DNA from: Thermofilum pendens Hrk 5
Lineage (GTDB): Archaea > Thermoproteota > Thermoprotei > Thermofilales > Thermofilaceae
Length of the DNA stretch: 32,000 nucleotides
NCBI RefSeq assembly: GCF_000015225.1
Contig: NC_008698.1
Location: 870,001-902,000 of the forward strand
Direction: 5' to 3'
This document shows positions 6,568 to 14,830 of this stretch, piece after piece. The notes below the pieces were generated by a model. That model was not told the origin of the DNA and did no database searches. It was given only the letters and a program-made list of their open reading frames with translations. Within the stretch, counting starts at the first letter, position 1, and every line of letters starts with the position of its first letter. Made by a program: the position numbers and the translations under genes.

Positions 6568-9230
6568 CGCGCGGCTTGCGCCTGAGCTTTTGCTCTGGCT
6601 ATTTTTCTCATTAGTTCTTCGTGGAACTTCGCGATGAGTGCGCGCTTATCCTCCATTAATACGACGTCGCTGAGCCCCTCGAGGATTATGTTGTAGGCGA
6701 ACGGAGTGGGCGTGTCAAGAAGCCCTATGTCCACGACTTCTATCTCGCCGCTGTGCACCTTTTCGAGAACCTCCCTGGCGTGCGCTATGTCCATGTAGTC
6801 CTCGAGTATCTCTCTGAACGTCTCCTTGAGTATCGGGAAGTCCTCCCACTTCCTTATAACCCTGAGCAGGGTGCCTGCGCTCAGCTGTTGTTTCTCGACG
6901 CTTATCTCGTGCCCCTTGTAGTTGCGGAGTATCATTAAGCCGCGGGTAGCCACGTGGCGGAACCTACGCCTCATGAGCTCGGTGTTGAACACCGCCTTCT
7001 TCAGGATATCCTCCAGCTCGCTGGGCGCCACGTCCATGAGGGATACCTGCGGCTCCACGCCCGGAGGGTATATCAGCGCGAACCCGTTGTCGTGCACAGC
7101 TATGCCTATGTTCGCCCCAGCCCTCTTAGACGCTAGGTACGCGAGCGCGTGGCTCAAGGCGTCGTTGGTTCTGCGCCCAAAGAGCGTGTGGAAGACGTGG
7201 TGCACCCTGCCGTCAGCGTCCCTGTACCTCTCGACCAGCACGACCCTGTCGCTCGGGAACTTCTCCACGCCGAGGGACCGCAGAAACAGGTACTCCTCCA
7301 GGAAGTAGCCAGCCACAGCCTCGGCCCCCTCCTCGTTGACCTTGCACTCCCTCTTCAGGTACTCCTTGAGCCTCTCCAGGCCCCCCGGCTTCGAGATCCA
7401 CTCGAACGCCTGTCCTCTGAACTCCCCTATGCGGACAGCGAGGTCGTAGCTGAGGGGTAGCATCTCGCTGAACCATGCGGGTATCGTGGGCTTCTGCTCG
7501 TACGCGGGCTTCACGTACGCCGTGAGCCCGTCGCTCTTGACGAACTCGTACACCTTCCCGCCGAGCACGAACCTATCCCCGGGCATCAGCCTCTCGAGGA
7601 ACTCCTCCTCGATGTTGCCCACGTACTTCCTGTCGAGGGTCAGGACCTTCACGCTCACCTCGTCGGGGATCGTCCCGACGTTCAGCGTGTAGATCACGCG
7701 CGCGTACTTCCCCCTCCTCCCGAAGACCTTCTCCTCGGGGTCGTACCATATCTTCCCGTAGACCTTGTACTCCTCCAGCTCCCCGTACCCTCCTGAGAGG
7801 AACTTTAATACGTTCTCGAAGTCCTCCCACGGGAGGTCCCTGTAGGGGTAGCTCCTCCTCACTATCCTGTACGCCTCCTCCGCGCTCATCTTCCTCTCTA
7901 TAGCCATCCCGACCAGGTGCTGCGCCAGGACGTCTAGGGCATTCCTCGGTATGTGGACCCTGTCTAAGTGGTGCCTGTAAGCCTCCCTCGTCATCACGGC
8001 TACCTCCACGAGGTCGTCCCTGTCCACGCAGACGAAGACACCCTTACTCGTCTCGTGAAGCCTGTGGCCGCTCCTACCTATCCTCTGTAGCGCGCGGGTA
8101 ACGGACTTCGGGGAGCCGACCAGGACGACGACGTCTATGTAGCCTATGTCTATCCCGAGCTCCAGGCTCGTACTGCTGACTATCGCCCTGAGCTCGCCCC
8201 TCTTCAGCTTCTCCTCGACGTCCAGCCTGACGTTGCGGCTAAGCGAGCTGTGGTGCGCCGCTATAGCATCCTCGGGTATGTCGCCCCTCTTCCTCGCTAA
8301 CTGCTTCAAGTGGAAGACTACCCTCTCCGTGCCGCTCCTAGTGTTCGTGAATATCAGGGTGGTCCTGTGCTTCCTCACGATCTCGTAGAGAGTCTCGTAG
8401 AGCTTCGCGGTGACCTCCTGCGCCGGGGTGTGGACGAGGTCGGGGACGGGGGAGACCACCCTCAGGGTCTTCCTCTTGGCGTACCTGGCGTCGACTATCA
8501 CGCACTCCCTCGGGCTCCCGTCGTCGTTGTACCCCACCAGGAACTGCGCGACCTCTTCGAGGGGGTTTATGGTCGCCGATAACCCTATCCTCACGAAGTC
8601 CCTCCCCACTAGCTCGCGGAGCCTCTCGAGCGACAAGGCTAGGTGAACCCCGCGCTTGTTCTCGGCGAGGCTGTGTATCTCGTCCACGATGACCCACTTA
8701 ACGCTCCTAAGCTTCTCCCTGAACTTCGGCGCGACGAGAATAATCGCAAGGGTCTCCGGGGTCGTTATCAGTATGTGTGGAGGCTTGCGGAGCATGCTCT
8801 GTCGCTGGGAGCTCGACGTGTCGCCCGTCCTAACCATGTGCCTAATCTCGGGGATCTCCAGCCCCCTCTTCTCGGCGAGCTCCCTTATCTCCCTCAAAGG
8901 CTCCTCGAGGTTCCTGTAGATATCGTTGTTCAGCGCCCTGAGGGGCGAGACGTAGACGACGTACACTGTGTCCTCCAGCTCGCCTCTCCTAGCCATGCCG
9001 AAGAGCTCGCTCAACGCTATGAGGAAAGCAGTCAGGGTCTTCCCGGTCCCCGTGGGGCTCGACACCAGGACGTTCTTCCCCTCGTGGATAGGTATGAGCG
9101 CGTAGCGTTGCGGCGGCGTCAAGTCCTCGAACTTCCCGGAAAACCACTCCGCGACGAGGGGGTCAAGTACCCTCAACACTTCCTCCTTGCTGTACTCCCT
9201 CGTGGCGAAGGAGATCGCCTTCCCAGACAC
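6564..9230 (-). CDS. lhr: Lhr-family (large helicase-related) DEAD/DEAH-box ATP-dependent helicase
   Basis: 888 aa. Walker A SSPTGTGKT, DEIH box (VIVDEIHSL), SAT (LSATI), helicase C motifs (QRIGRSGHR). The long C-terminal extension is typical of the Lhr core. Confidence 0.9.
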   Translation of the reverse strand: MSGKAISFATREYSKEEVLRVLDPLVAEWFSGKFEDLTPPQRYALIPIHEGKNVLVSSPTGTGKTLTAFLIALSELFGMARRGELEDTVYVVYVSPLRALNNDIYRNLEEPLREIRELAEKRGLEIPEIRHMVRTGDTSSSQRQSMLRKPPHILITTPETLAIILVAPKFREKLRSVKWVIVDEIHSLAENKRGVHLALSLERLRELVGRDFVRIGLSATINPLEEVAQFLVGYNDDGSPRECVIVDARYAKRKTLRVVSPVPDLVHTPAQEVTAKLYETLYEIVRKHRTTLIFTNTRSGTERVVFHLKQLARKRGDIPEDAIAAHHSSLSRNVRLDVEEKLKRGELRAIVSSTSLELGIDIGYIDVVVLVGSPKSVTRALQRIGRSGHRLHETSKGVFVCVDRDDLVEVAVMTREAYRHHLDRVHIPRNALDVLAQHLVGMAIERKMSAEEAYRIVRRSYPYRDLPWEDFENVLKFLSGGYGELEEYKVYGKIWYDPEEKVFGRRGKYARVIYTLNVGTIPDEVSVKVLTLDRKYVGNIEEEFLERLMPGDRFVLGGKVYEFVKSDGLTAYVKPAYEQKPTIPAWFSEMLPLSYDLAVRIGEFRGQAFEWISKPGGLERLKEYLKRECKVNEEGAEAVAGYFLEEYLFLRSLGVEKFPSDRVVLVERYRDADGRVHHVFHTLFGRRTNDALSHALAYLASKRAGANIGIAVHDNGFALIYPPGVEPQVSLMDVAPSELEDILKKAVFNTELMRRRFRHVATRGLMILRNYKGHEISVEKQQLSAGTLLRVIRKWEDFPILKETFREILEDYMDIAHAREVLEKVHSGEIEVVDIGLLDTPTPFAYNIILEGLSDVVLMEDKRALIAKFHEELMRKIARAKAQAQAAR

Positions 9231-9253
9231 CGCCTACCCCTTAACCCTGGGGG

Positions 9254-9261
9254 TAAATAAT
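9254..9261 (-). promoter_or_regulatory. TATA box (minus-strand ATTATTTA) for lhr
   Basis: Centred 27 bp upstream of GTG 9230, in the 37-bp gap after the preceding small gene. Confidence 0.45.
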
Positions 9262-9267
9262 CCTAAC

Positions 9268-9462
9268 TCACTTCTCGACCTCTTTTACCCCCTTCTCTAT
9301 TAGCGCGCTAAGCGCCTCCGCCGCCTCCTCGAGGTGGTAGAGCACGTCCTCGAGGAGCTCGGCGAGCACGCGGTCCTCCTCCGCTAGGTCCCTAAGCAAG
9401 TCTATCGCGTAGTCCACGCTGTCCAGCGCTTTCTCGAGACCCTCCCTCACCTCCCTTTTCAT
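9268..9462 (-). CDS. Small acidic helical protein, unknown function
   Basis: Track ORF 9268..9645 trimmed to ATG 9462 (MKREVREGLEKALDSVDYAIDLLRDLAEEDRVLAELLEDVLYHLEEAAEALSALIEKGVKEVEK). The longer N-terminus is Pro/Arg-rich junk overlapping the divergent gene. Minus-strand ATAAAAG (9485..9492) lies 27 bp upstream. Confidence 0.45.
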   Translation of the reverse strand: MKREVREGLEKALDSVDYAIDLLRDLAEEDRVLAELLEDVLYHLEEAAEALSALIEKGVKEVEK

Positions 9463-9500
9463 AGCAACATTAATGATGCATGGGCTTTTATCGCTAATTC

Positions 9501-11120
9501 GTGAAAATACGGGAAATCGCGTACGAGCTGACATCAGCGTTGCCGCGCGGCGACGTGGTAGCGGGGAGCAGGGAGGAGCACGAATCCCTGGAAGCAGTTG
9601 CAGGGTACCTAGACGGGCTCTCGGCGCAGGTGCACTACTTCCCATGCTCCACGTGGGTCGAGAAGGGGGTCGAGCTGTCCGGGGGAGGCTTACGCGTTAA
9701 GGCTGTCGCCATGCCCGGCTCCCCCTCGGGCGAGCTCTACCTCGAGCCCGTGTACCTGGGCGAGAGGGTTCTCCCGGAGGAGTGGGAGGGGGTAGACCTC
9801 GAGGGCAAGATAGCTGTCGTCAAGATGTACGGAAAGGTCGACGAAGCGGCCTGGCAGTACGTACAGGCGGTGGCGAGGGGCGCCGAGGCTGTCGTCTTCG
9901 TAGACCCCTTCCCGGATAGAAGGAGGAGAATAGTCGTCACCGCTACCCCCGATTACCGCTTCGGCCCAGGCACCCCGCCTCCAGTGCCCGCCGTTGCTGT
10001 CTCGCTGGAGGACGGGTTGAGGCTTGCGAGGGTCTCGGGCAGGGGGGAGAAGCTATACCTCCGCGTTGAGACAGCCTTCGACCACTCCGCGAGGACAGGC
10101 GTCGTGGTGGCCGGGAACGCCGGGGGCCCGCTGTTCACGGCGCACGTCGATAAGTGGCTCTCGGGGTTCACGGACAACGTTCTCGGGGTAGCGCTGGTCG
10201 TAGCTCTCTCCAGGGCCTTCGGGGAGAGCGCGGGCTACGCGGTTTTCGGGGCCGAGGAGTACGGCGCGCCCGGGCATTCCCCGTGGTACTGGATATGGGG
10301 TTCCCGCTCCTACGCCGACTTCTTGGAGAGGAGGGGGGAGCTCGACTCCCTGGGAGTAGTCGTCAACCTCGACGTGCTCGGGGGAGCTGGGATCACGGTG
10401 TCAGCCTCGGGGCCCGACTTCCAGGGAGGGCTCGGGAAGGCTCTGGGAGAAGGCTACAGGTACACCTCGGACCAGGTGATATTCGACAGCTTCAGCTTCA
10501 CCATGAAGGGTGTAGCGGCGGCGACTCTGCACACCTTCCAGGACGTGCTCCCCGTGTACCACACGGACCTCGACGAGCCCCAGAGGGTTGACTGGGAGAA
10601 GGTCTTAGAAGCCTACACGCTGGCAGAGAGGGCGGGCGAAGCTTTCCTTCGGGAGGAGTGGGGGTTGCTGGAATACTCCCTCCTCAAGCGCGTAGCTCTG
10701 GAGAAGCTCGAGAAGGTCTACTTCCTCGAGGAGGCCAGGAGGGTCGCCGGGCTCCTAGAGGGGGTGAACATTAGGGACGAGCACGACGCGCGCCATCTCA
10801 GGCGGCTTTTCACGCGCCCACTGCACAGGGGGAGGTACGGCGAAGTGTTCTCAGAGGTCGAAGCCGTTTACCCATACATCCTCGACGCCGTGGAAGACCT
10901 CCTAGTGCTGAAGAGGGCTGTCGAAGAGGGCTCCCGGAGCGTGCCGGCGAGGATTTTCTTCACCAGGATCGTACCTGGATGGGAGGAGGTTTTAGTAGAC
11001 CTAGAGCCCCCGGGGAAGAGGCACGGAGGAGTGTTGAAAGAGTACTACGAGTCGTTCCTGCGCGCGGTTCGACGTAGCCTTGAATCGATGGAGGAAGCAC
11101 TTCTAGAGCTTAAGAGGTAG
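9501..11120 (+). CDS. M28-family metallopeptidase with PA (protease-associated) domain
   Basis: 539 aa, GTG start. PA-like GKIAVVKMYGKVDEAAWQYVQAVARGAEAVVFVD. M28 metal ligand motifs AHVDKW, FTDNVLGVA, FGAEEYG, NLDVLG, YHTDLD. Confidence 0.75.
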   Translation: MKIREIAYELTSALPRGDVVAGSREEHESLEAVAGYLDGLSAQVHYFPCSTWVEKGVELSGGGLRVKAVAMPGSPSGELYLEPVYLGERVLPEEWEGVDLEGKIAVVKMYGKVDEAAWQYVQAVARGAEAVVFVDPFPDRRRRIVVTATPDYRFGPGTPPPVPAVAVSLEDGLRLARVSGRGEKLYLRVETAFDHSARTGVVVAGNAGGPLFTAHVDKWLSGFTDNVLGVALVVALSRAFGESAGYAVFGAEEYGAPGHSPWYWIWGSRSYADFLERRGELDSLGVVVNLDVLGGAGITVSASGPDFQGGLGKALGEGYRYTSDQVIFDSFSFTMKGVAAATLHTFQDVLPVYHTDLDEPQRVDWEKVLEAYTLAERAGEAFLREEWGLLEYSLLKRVALEKLEKVYFLEEARRVAGLLEGVNIRDEHDARHLRRLFTRPLHRGRYGEVFSEVEAVYPYILDAVEDLLVLKRAVEEGSRSVPARIFFTRIVPGWEEVLVDLEPPGKRHGGVLKEYYESFLRAVRRSLESMEEALLELKR

Positions 11121-11212
11121 GCGCCGGAGCTTCCCGCAACGCCCCAAACTTTTTATTAAAACGTAATGAGAAAGGTTTATCTAGAGGAATATGGGAGTAT
11201 GAACGACAAGCT

Positions 11213-14200
11213 ATGAGAAAAGCCTTGTTGGCGGCTTTACTCCTGGCACAGCTACTACCATTGCTCCTACCCCTAGCATACGCGGAGAACGCTCCGGTAT
11301 TCGAGGACAGGGGGGCAACCGTCTACGTCGACACGGGCGTCGCGAAGATACTGATAAGTAAGACGGGGGCCAGGCCTATAGGCTGGCTTGTCGACGGCGT
11401 GGAGCTTGCGGCTAATGCTGGTAGTAGGGGTGCCATGGGTAATAGCTACCCACTCTACGACTGGTTGCCTACGCAGTCCTGGCCAGGGCTAATAGTAACC
11501 GCGAAGTTCAACGTCGAGACTTCGAGGCCATCGCAGGACGTCCTCGTAGTGAGGTTTACAGCCGTCATACCCGTGACTGACGTCAGCGGCGTAACTTCGA
11601 ACGTCGCCGTGACCCGCGAGTACGTGTTCAAGCAAGGCTCGAGGACGTTTAACCTCACGGTAACCCTCGTGAACATGGGGAGCTCTCCCATGAAGATAGA
11701 GGTGAACTGGGGAGGAGCCCTCGTAGGCTACGCCTTCGCCGTTACCGGCGTGGTAGGGCAGAAGGGCGACAACGACTGGCAACTCTGGGTAGACGGGGAC
11801 TCGCTCTACACCCGCTCACCCGATAACAGGGAGAGCTGGGTTAGGAAGCAGAGCCCCCTCATAAGGCTCGTGGGGATATACGACCCCGACGAGAAAGGGA
11901 TCATCGTCGCCAGGGTGTACAACAGGACGGAGTCCATCTGGTTCGAAGTCGGAGGGTGGGGCACCGAGGTTAGAGTAGAGCATCCCACCCTTGTTCTCAA
12001 CCCCAACGTCCCGGTAAGGTTCACGTACACCGTGTACGGGGGCTCGCCCGACTACCTGGACAAGGAGGGCTTCGCGGATCTGAAGGACAGGCTCATGGGC
12101 AAGCAGCCGCAACAGCAAGCCCCTCCAGCGCCGCAGGCTACGAGGACGCTACCCCCGATGCCCAAGCCTACAGGCAAGATAAGCTACAGCCTCACCCAGG
12201 ACTACGCGCTGGTCGACACCGGAGTAGCGAAGATAAAGATCTCCCTTAGAGGGGCCAGGCCCGTCGAGTGGCAAGCCGGGGGAGTGGAGCTTGCGGCTAA
12301 TGCTGGTAGTAGGGGTGCTATGGGTAATAGCTACCCACTCTACGACTGGTTGCCTACGCAGTCCTGGCCAGGGCTAATAGTAACCGCGAAGTTCTCGGCG
12401 TCCGTTGCCTTCTCAAACGACACGGTCCTCGTCCTCAAAATGGAGGCAGACGTCCCGTTCACCAACCCGAGCGGCGACCAGACCGTTCTACACGTAACGA
12501 AGACCTTCACCTTCTACGCAGGGCTATACGGCTTCGACGAAACCACCCAGATAACCAACAAGGGCAACGTAAAGGCTGAGAGCAAGGTAAACTGGGACAG
12601 GACGATAGGCTACACCTTCGCTGTTACCGGCGTGATAGGGCAGAAAGGTGAGAATGACTGGCAGGCCTGGAAGGACGGCGCGGGGCTCCACCTGCTTTCG
12701 CCGAAGGAGAAGCTCCACTTCACGTGGAAGTCGGCGCAGGACCTCGAATGGATAGGGATGATAGACCCGGAGGAGGGTGCCTGCATAATCGCGTACCTGG
12801 GAACCCCGGGCGCCGGGATAGTGTGGCTTGAAGCGTCGACCTGGGGAACCGAGGTAAGAGCCGAGTACCCGCCCTTCACGCTGAACCCCGGCGACAGCGT
12901 GACCTTCGTCTACAGGGTCTTCGGCGGGCCCGTAGACGCGCTGGCAAGCTACGGCTACAAGGACGTGTACCAGCAGCTAGGCGCGGCGGCGGCTCAACAG
13001 GCCCTCTACCTAGTCGTGTCGACGGACAGCCTACTCTACTCCCCAGGCCAGAAAGCCAAGTTCAACGTAACCGCGTCCTACAGGAGGGGCACCATAAAGG
13101 GAACGCTGACCGTCTCCCAGGGAGGCACCACCCTCTACGAGAGCGAGGTAACGCTCTCACAGCAACCCCAAAGCGTGTTCGTAGAGGTTACGGTTCCGAC
13201 GAAGCCCGGTATCTACTCGTACACAGTGGCGCTGCGAACACAGGAGTTTACAGCTACCCGCGAGGTGAGGATAGGCGTCGTGGACCCGGCTTCGTGGCGC
13301 TCACCGCTCAAGCTCGTATTCGTTTGGCACAGCCACCAGGGCATAAACGCGTGGCCCAACGGGTCGTTCCACGGCCCCTGGGCCTTCAAGCACACATACG
13401 AGGACGAGTTCAAGCCCTACTACGAGGGCGGAGCCTACCTCGTGCAACCAGTGATTCTGTCCAAGTATCCGGGCGTCAAGATGGTGTACCACCTTAGCCC
13501 GAGCCTGCTTTGGCAGTGGGAGTACGGGCTCAAGTACGGCTACTTTGACTCCTTCTCGCAGAAGTTCATCTCGCCAGAGAGCCCCGAGATGGCGCGTGTC
13601 AGGAAGGCCCTAGAGCTCTACAAGCAGCTGGCTAGCAGGGGGCAGATAGAGATATTCAGCGACTTCTTCAACCACCCGATCCCAGGCTACGTCGTCGACA
13701 CCTACCCGTGGGGAGCCGAAGCGATGAAGATAGAGCTCGAGTGGGGCTTCAACGTGACTAAGAGGGTTCTCGGCGTAGACGCTAAGGGCGCCTGGATCCC
13801 CGAGATGTTCTTCAGCGAGAAGCTAGTACCCATACTGGTCCAGCAGGGAGTCAAGTACATCGTCCTAGACTACGAGACGCACTACAAGGGCTCCGACGGG
13901 GAGAAGAGGGGGATATACACGCCCTACCTATACCAAGGCTCCCAGGGCCAGATAATCGTGCTCTTCAGGGACACCCAGCTGAGCAACTACATAAGCTTCG
14001 AGAACAGGTTCTCGACTCCTGAAGACGCCGACGCTGCGGCCAGGAACTTCGTCCTAATGGTGGCTTCGAGGAGGTTCTCCGACCCCACGGCAAGCGTGGT
14101 GGTCATCTCCGCCGACGGCGAAAACTGGATGATCTTCAGCCCGACGGTCGCTACTACGGGCGTATTCTTCGAGAGGCTGTGCGCGTACCTAGAGAGCGTG

Positions 14201-14776
14201 AAGCAGTACATAGTGACAGCCACGGTCGCGGAGGTAGTGGAGGGCGCGCAGAGCTTCCCGAAGCTGACGAGAATACCGACGGCGAGCTGGGCTGGGGGTA
14301 GCGATGTCTGGACCAACAAGCCGGAGCAGAAGCAGCAGTGGGACTGGATAAACAAGGCGGCGTCCGTGCTGGCGAACATCAAGTCGAAGTACGGCGAAAA
14401 CAGCGCCGTCTATAAAGCCGCGCTATTCGCGTTCTTCATGTCCCTCAACAGCGACGTCATACACAGGGACTTCACGTTCCCAGCGCACACCAAGGCCTGG
14501 GTAGACACGGTGCAGGCGCTCTACGACTCCGGCGAAGCCGTAGCCTCGAAGCTGAACAGGATAGGGTTAAACCTCGAAGCAACCAGAGCCCAAGCCGTAA
14601 CCCCGCAACCCGGGACACAGCAGCCACCTCAGCAACAACCCACGCAACCAGGAGGCCAGCAGGCCCCCAGCGAGATCCAACCCCAGTGGCTCGGGCTAGC
14701 AGCGCTCATAGCAGCGGTTGTTGCGGTAGCGGCGGTCTACGCGTACAGGAAACGCGCCGGGAAGAGTAAGCAGTAA
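11213..14776 (+). CDS. Cell-surface GH57-family glycoside hydrolase (amylopullulanase/alpha-amylase-like) with duplicated N-terminal domain and C-terminal TM anchor
   Basis: 1187 aa. Signal peptide MRKALLAALLLAQLLPLLLPLAYA. Two ~290-aa homologous modules are separated by a Q/P linker, followed by an Ig-like segment. GH57 conserved regions: VWHSHQG, GQIEIFSDFFNHP, AWIPEMFFS, ISADGENW. A Q/P-rich stalk is followed by WLGLAALIAAVVAVAAVYAY-RKRAGKSKQ. Many N-x-S/T sequons. Confidence 0.85.
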   Translation: MRKALLAALLLAQLLPLLLPLAYAENAPVFEDRGATVYVDTGVAKILISKTGARPIGWLVDGVELAANAGSRGAMGNSYPLYDWLPTQSWPGLIVTAKFNVETSRPSQDVLVVRFTAVIPVTDVSGVTSNVAVTREYVFKQGSRTFNLTVTLVNMGSSPMKIEVNWGGALVGYAFAVTGVVGQKGDNDWQLWVDGDSLYTRSPDNRESWVRKQSPLIRLVGIYDPDEKGIIVARVYNRTESIWFEVGGWGTEVRVEHPTLVLNPNVPVRFTYTVYGGSPDYLDKEGFADLKDRLMGKQPQQQAPPAPQATRTLPPMPKPTGKISYSLTQDYALVDTGVAKIKISLRGARPVEWQAGGVELAANAGSRGAMGNSYPLYDWLPTQSWPGLIVTAKFSASVAFSNDTVLVLKMEADVPFTNPSGDQTVLHVTKTFTFYAGLYGFDETTQITNKGNVKAESKVNWDRTIGYTFAVTGVIGQKGENDWQAWKDGAGLHLLSPKEKLHFTWKSAQDLEWIGMIDPEEGACIIAYLGTPGAGIVWLEASTWGTEVRAEYPPFTLNPGDSVTFVYRVFGGPVDALASYGYKDVYQQLGAAAAQQALYLVVSTDSLLYSPGQKAKFNVTASYRRGTIKGTLTVSQGGTTLYESEVTLSQQPQSVFVEVTVPTKPGIYSYTVALRTQEFTATREVRIGVVDPASWRSPLKLVFVWHSHQGINAWPNGSFHGPWAFKHTYEDEFKPYYEGGAYLVQPVILSKYPGVKMVYHLSPSLLWQWEYGLKYGYFDSFSQKFISPESPEMARVRKALELYKQLASRGQIEIFSDFFNHPIPGYVVDTYPWGAEAMKIELEWGFNVTKRVLGVDAKGAWIPEMFFSEKLVPILVQQGVKYIVLDYETHYKGSDGEKRGIYTPYLYQGSQGQIIVLFRDTQLSNYISFENRFSTPEDADAAARNFVLMVASRRFSDPTASVVVISADGENWMIFSPTVATTGVFFERLCAYLESVKQYIVTATVAEVVEGAQSFPKLTRIPTASWAGGSDVWTNKPEQKQQWDWINKAASVLANIKSKYGENSAVYKAALFAFFMSLNSDVIHRDFTFPAHTKAWVDTVQALYDSGEAVASKLNRIGLNLEATRAQAVTPQPGTQQPPQQQPTQPGGQQAPSEIQPQWLGLAALIAAVVAVAAVYAYRKRAGKSKQ
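11399..11509 (+). repeat. 111-nt near-identical intragenic repeat, copy 1
   Basis: Matches 12284..12394 at 110/111 positions (single C/T difference). The flanks diverge immediately. Confidence 0.95.
12284..12394 (+). repeat. 111-nt near-identical intragenic repeat, copy 2
   Basis: Offset 885 nt from copy 1. Both encode VELAANAGSRGAMGNSYPLYDWLPTQSWPGLIVTAKF. Confidence 0.95.
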
Positions 14777-14780
14777 CTAA

Positions 14781-14790
14781 TTCTTTTTTT
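14781..14790 (+). terminator. T-rich run (TTCTTTTTTT) after the GH57 gene
   Basis: Begins 5 nt after the stop codon. Confidence 0.4.
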
Positions 14791-14799
14791 CAAGAAATC

Positions 14800-14807
14800 T
14801 TTATAAA
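14800..14807 (+). promoter_or_regulatory. TATA box TTTATAAA
   Basis: Centred 27 bp upstream of ATG 14831. Confidence 0.5.
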
Positions 14808-14830
14808 CATGCCTAGAAACATTTATACCG

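Noticed and set aside
8643-9260. Long antisense or alternate-frame ORFs inside real genes (e.g. 8643..9260 +, 3611..4171 -, 4172..4633 -, 19152..19697 +, 19815..20471 +, 20053..20574 +, 28416..29024 -, 15889..16317 -)
   Set aside because: These are typical GC-rich shadow ORFs: Arg/Pro/Gly/Leu-biased, without motifs, and fully nested in genes with strong homology signatures on the other strand or frame.
9463-9645. N-terminal extension of the small helical protein ORF (track 9268..9645)
   Set aside because: It is Pro/Arg/Ala-rich, crosses both TATA candidates and overlaps the divergent M28 peptidase gene. ATG 9462 has the correct TATA spacing.
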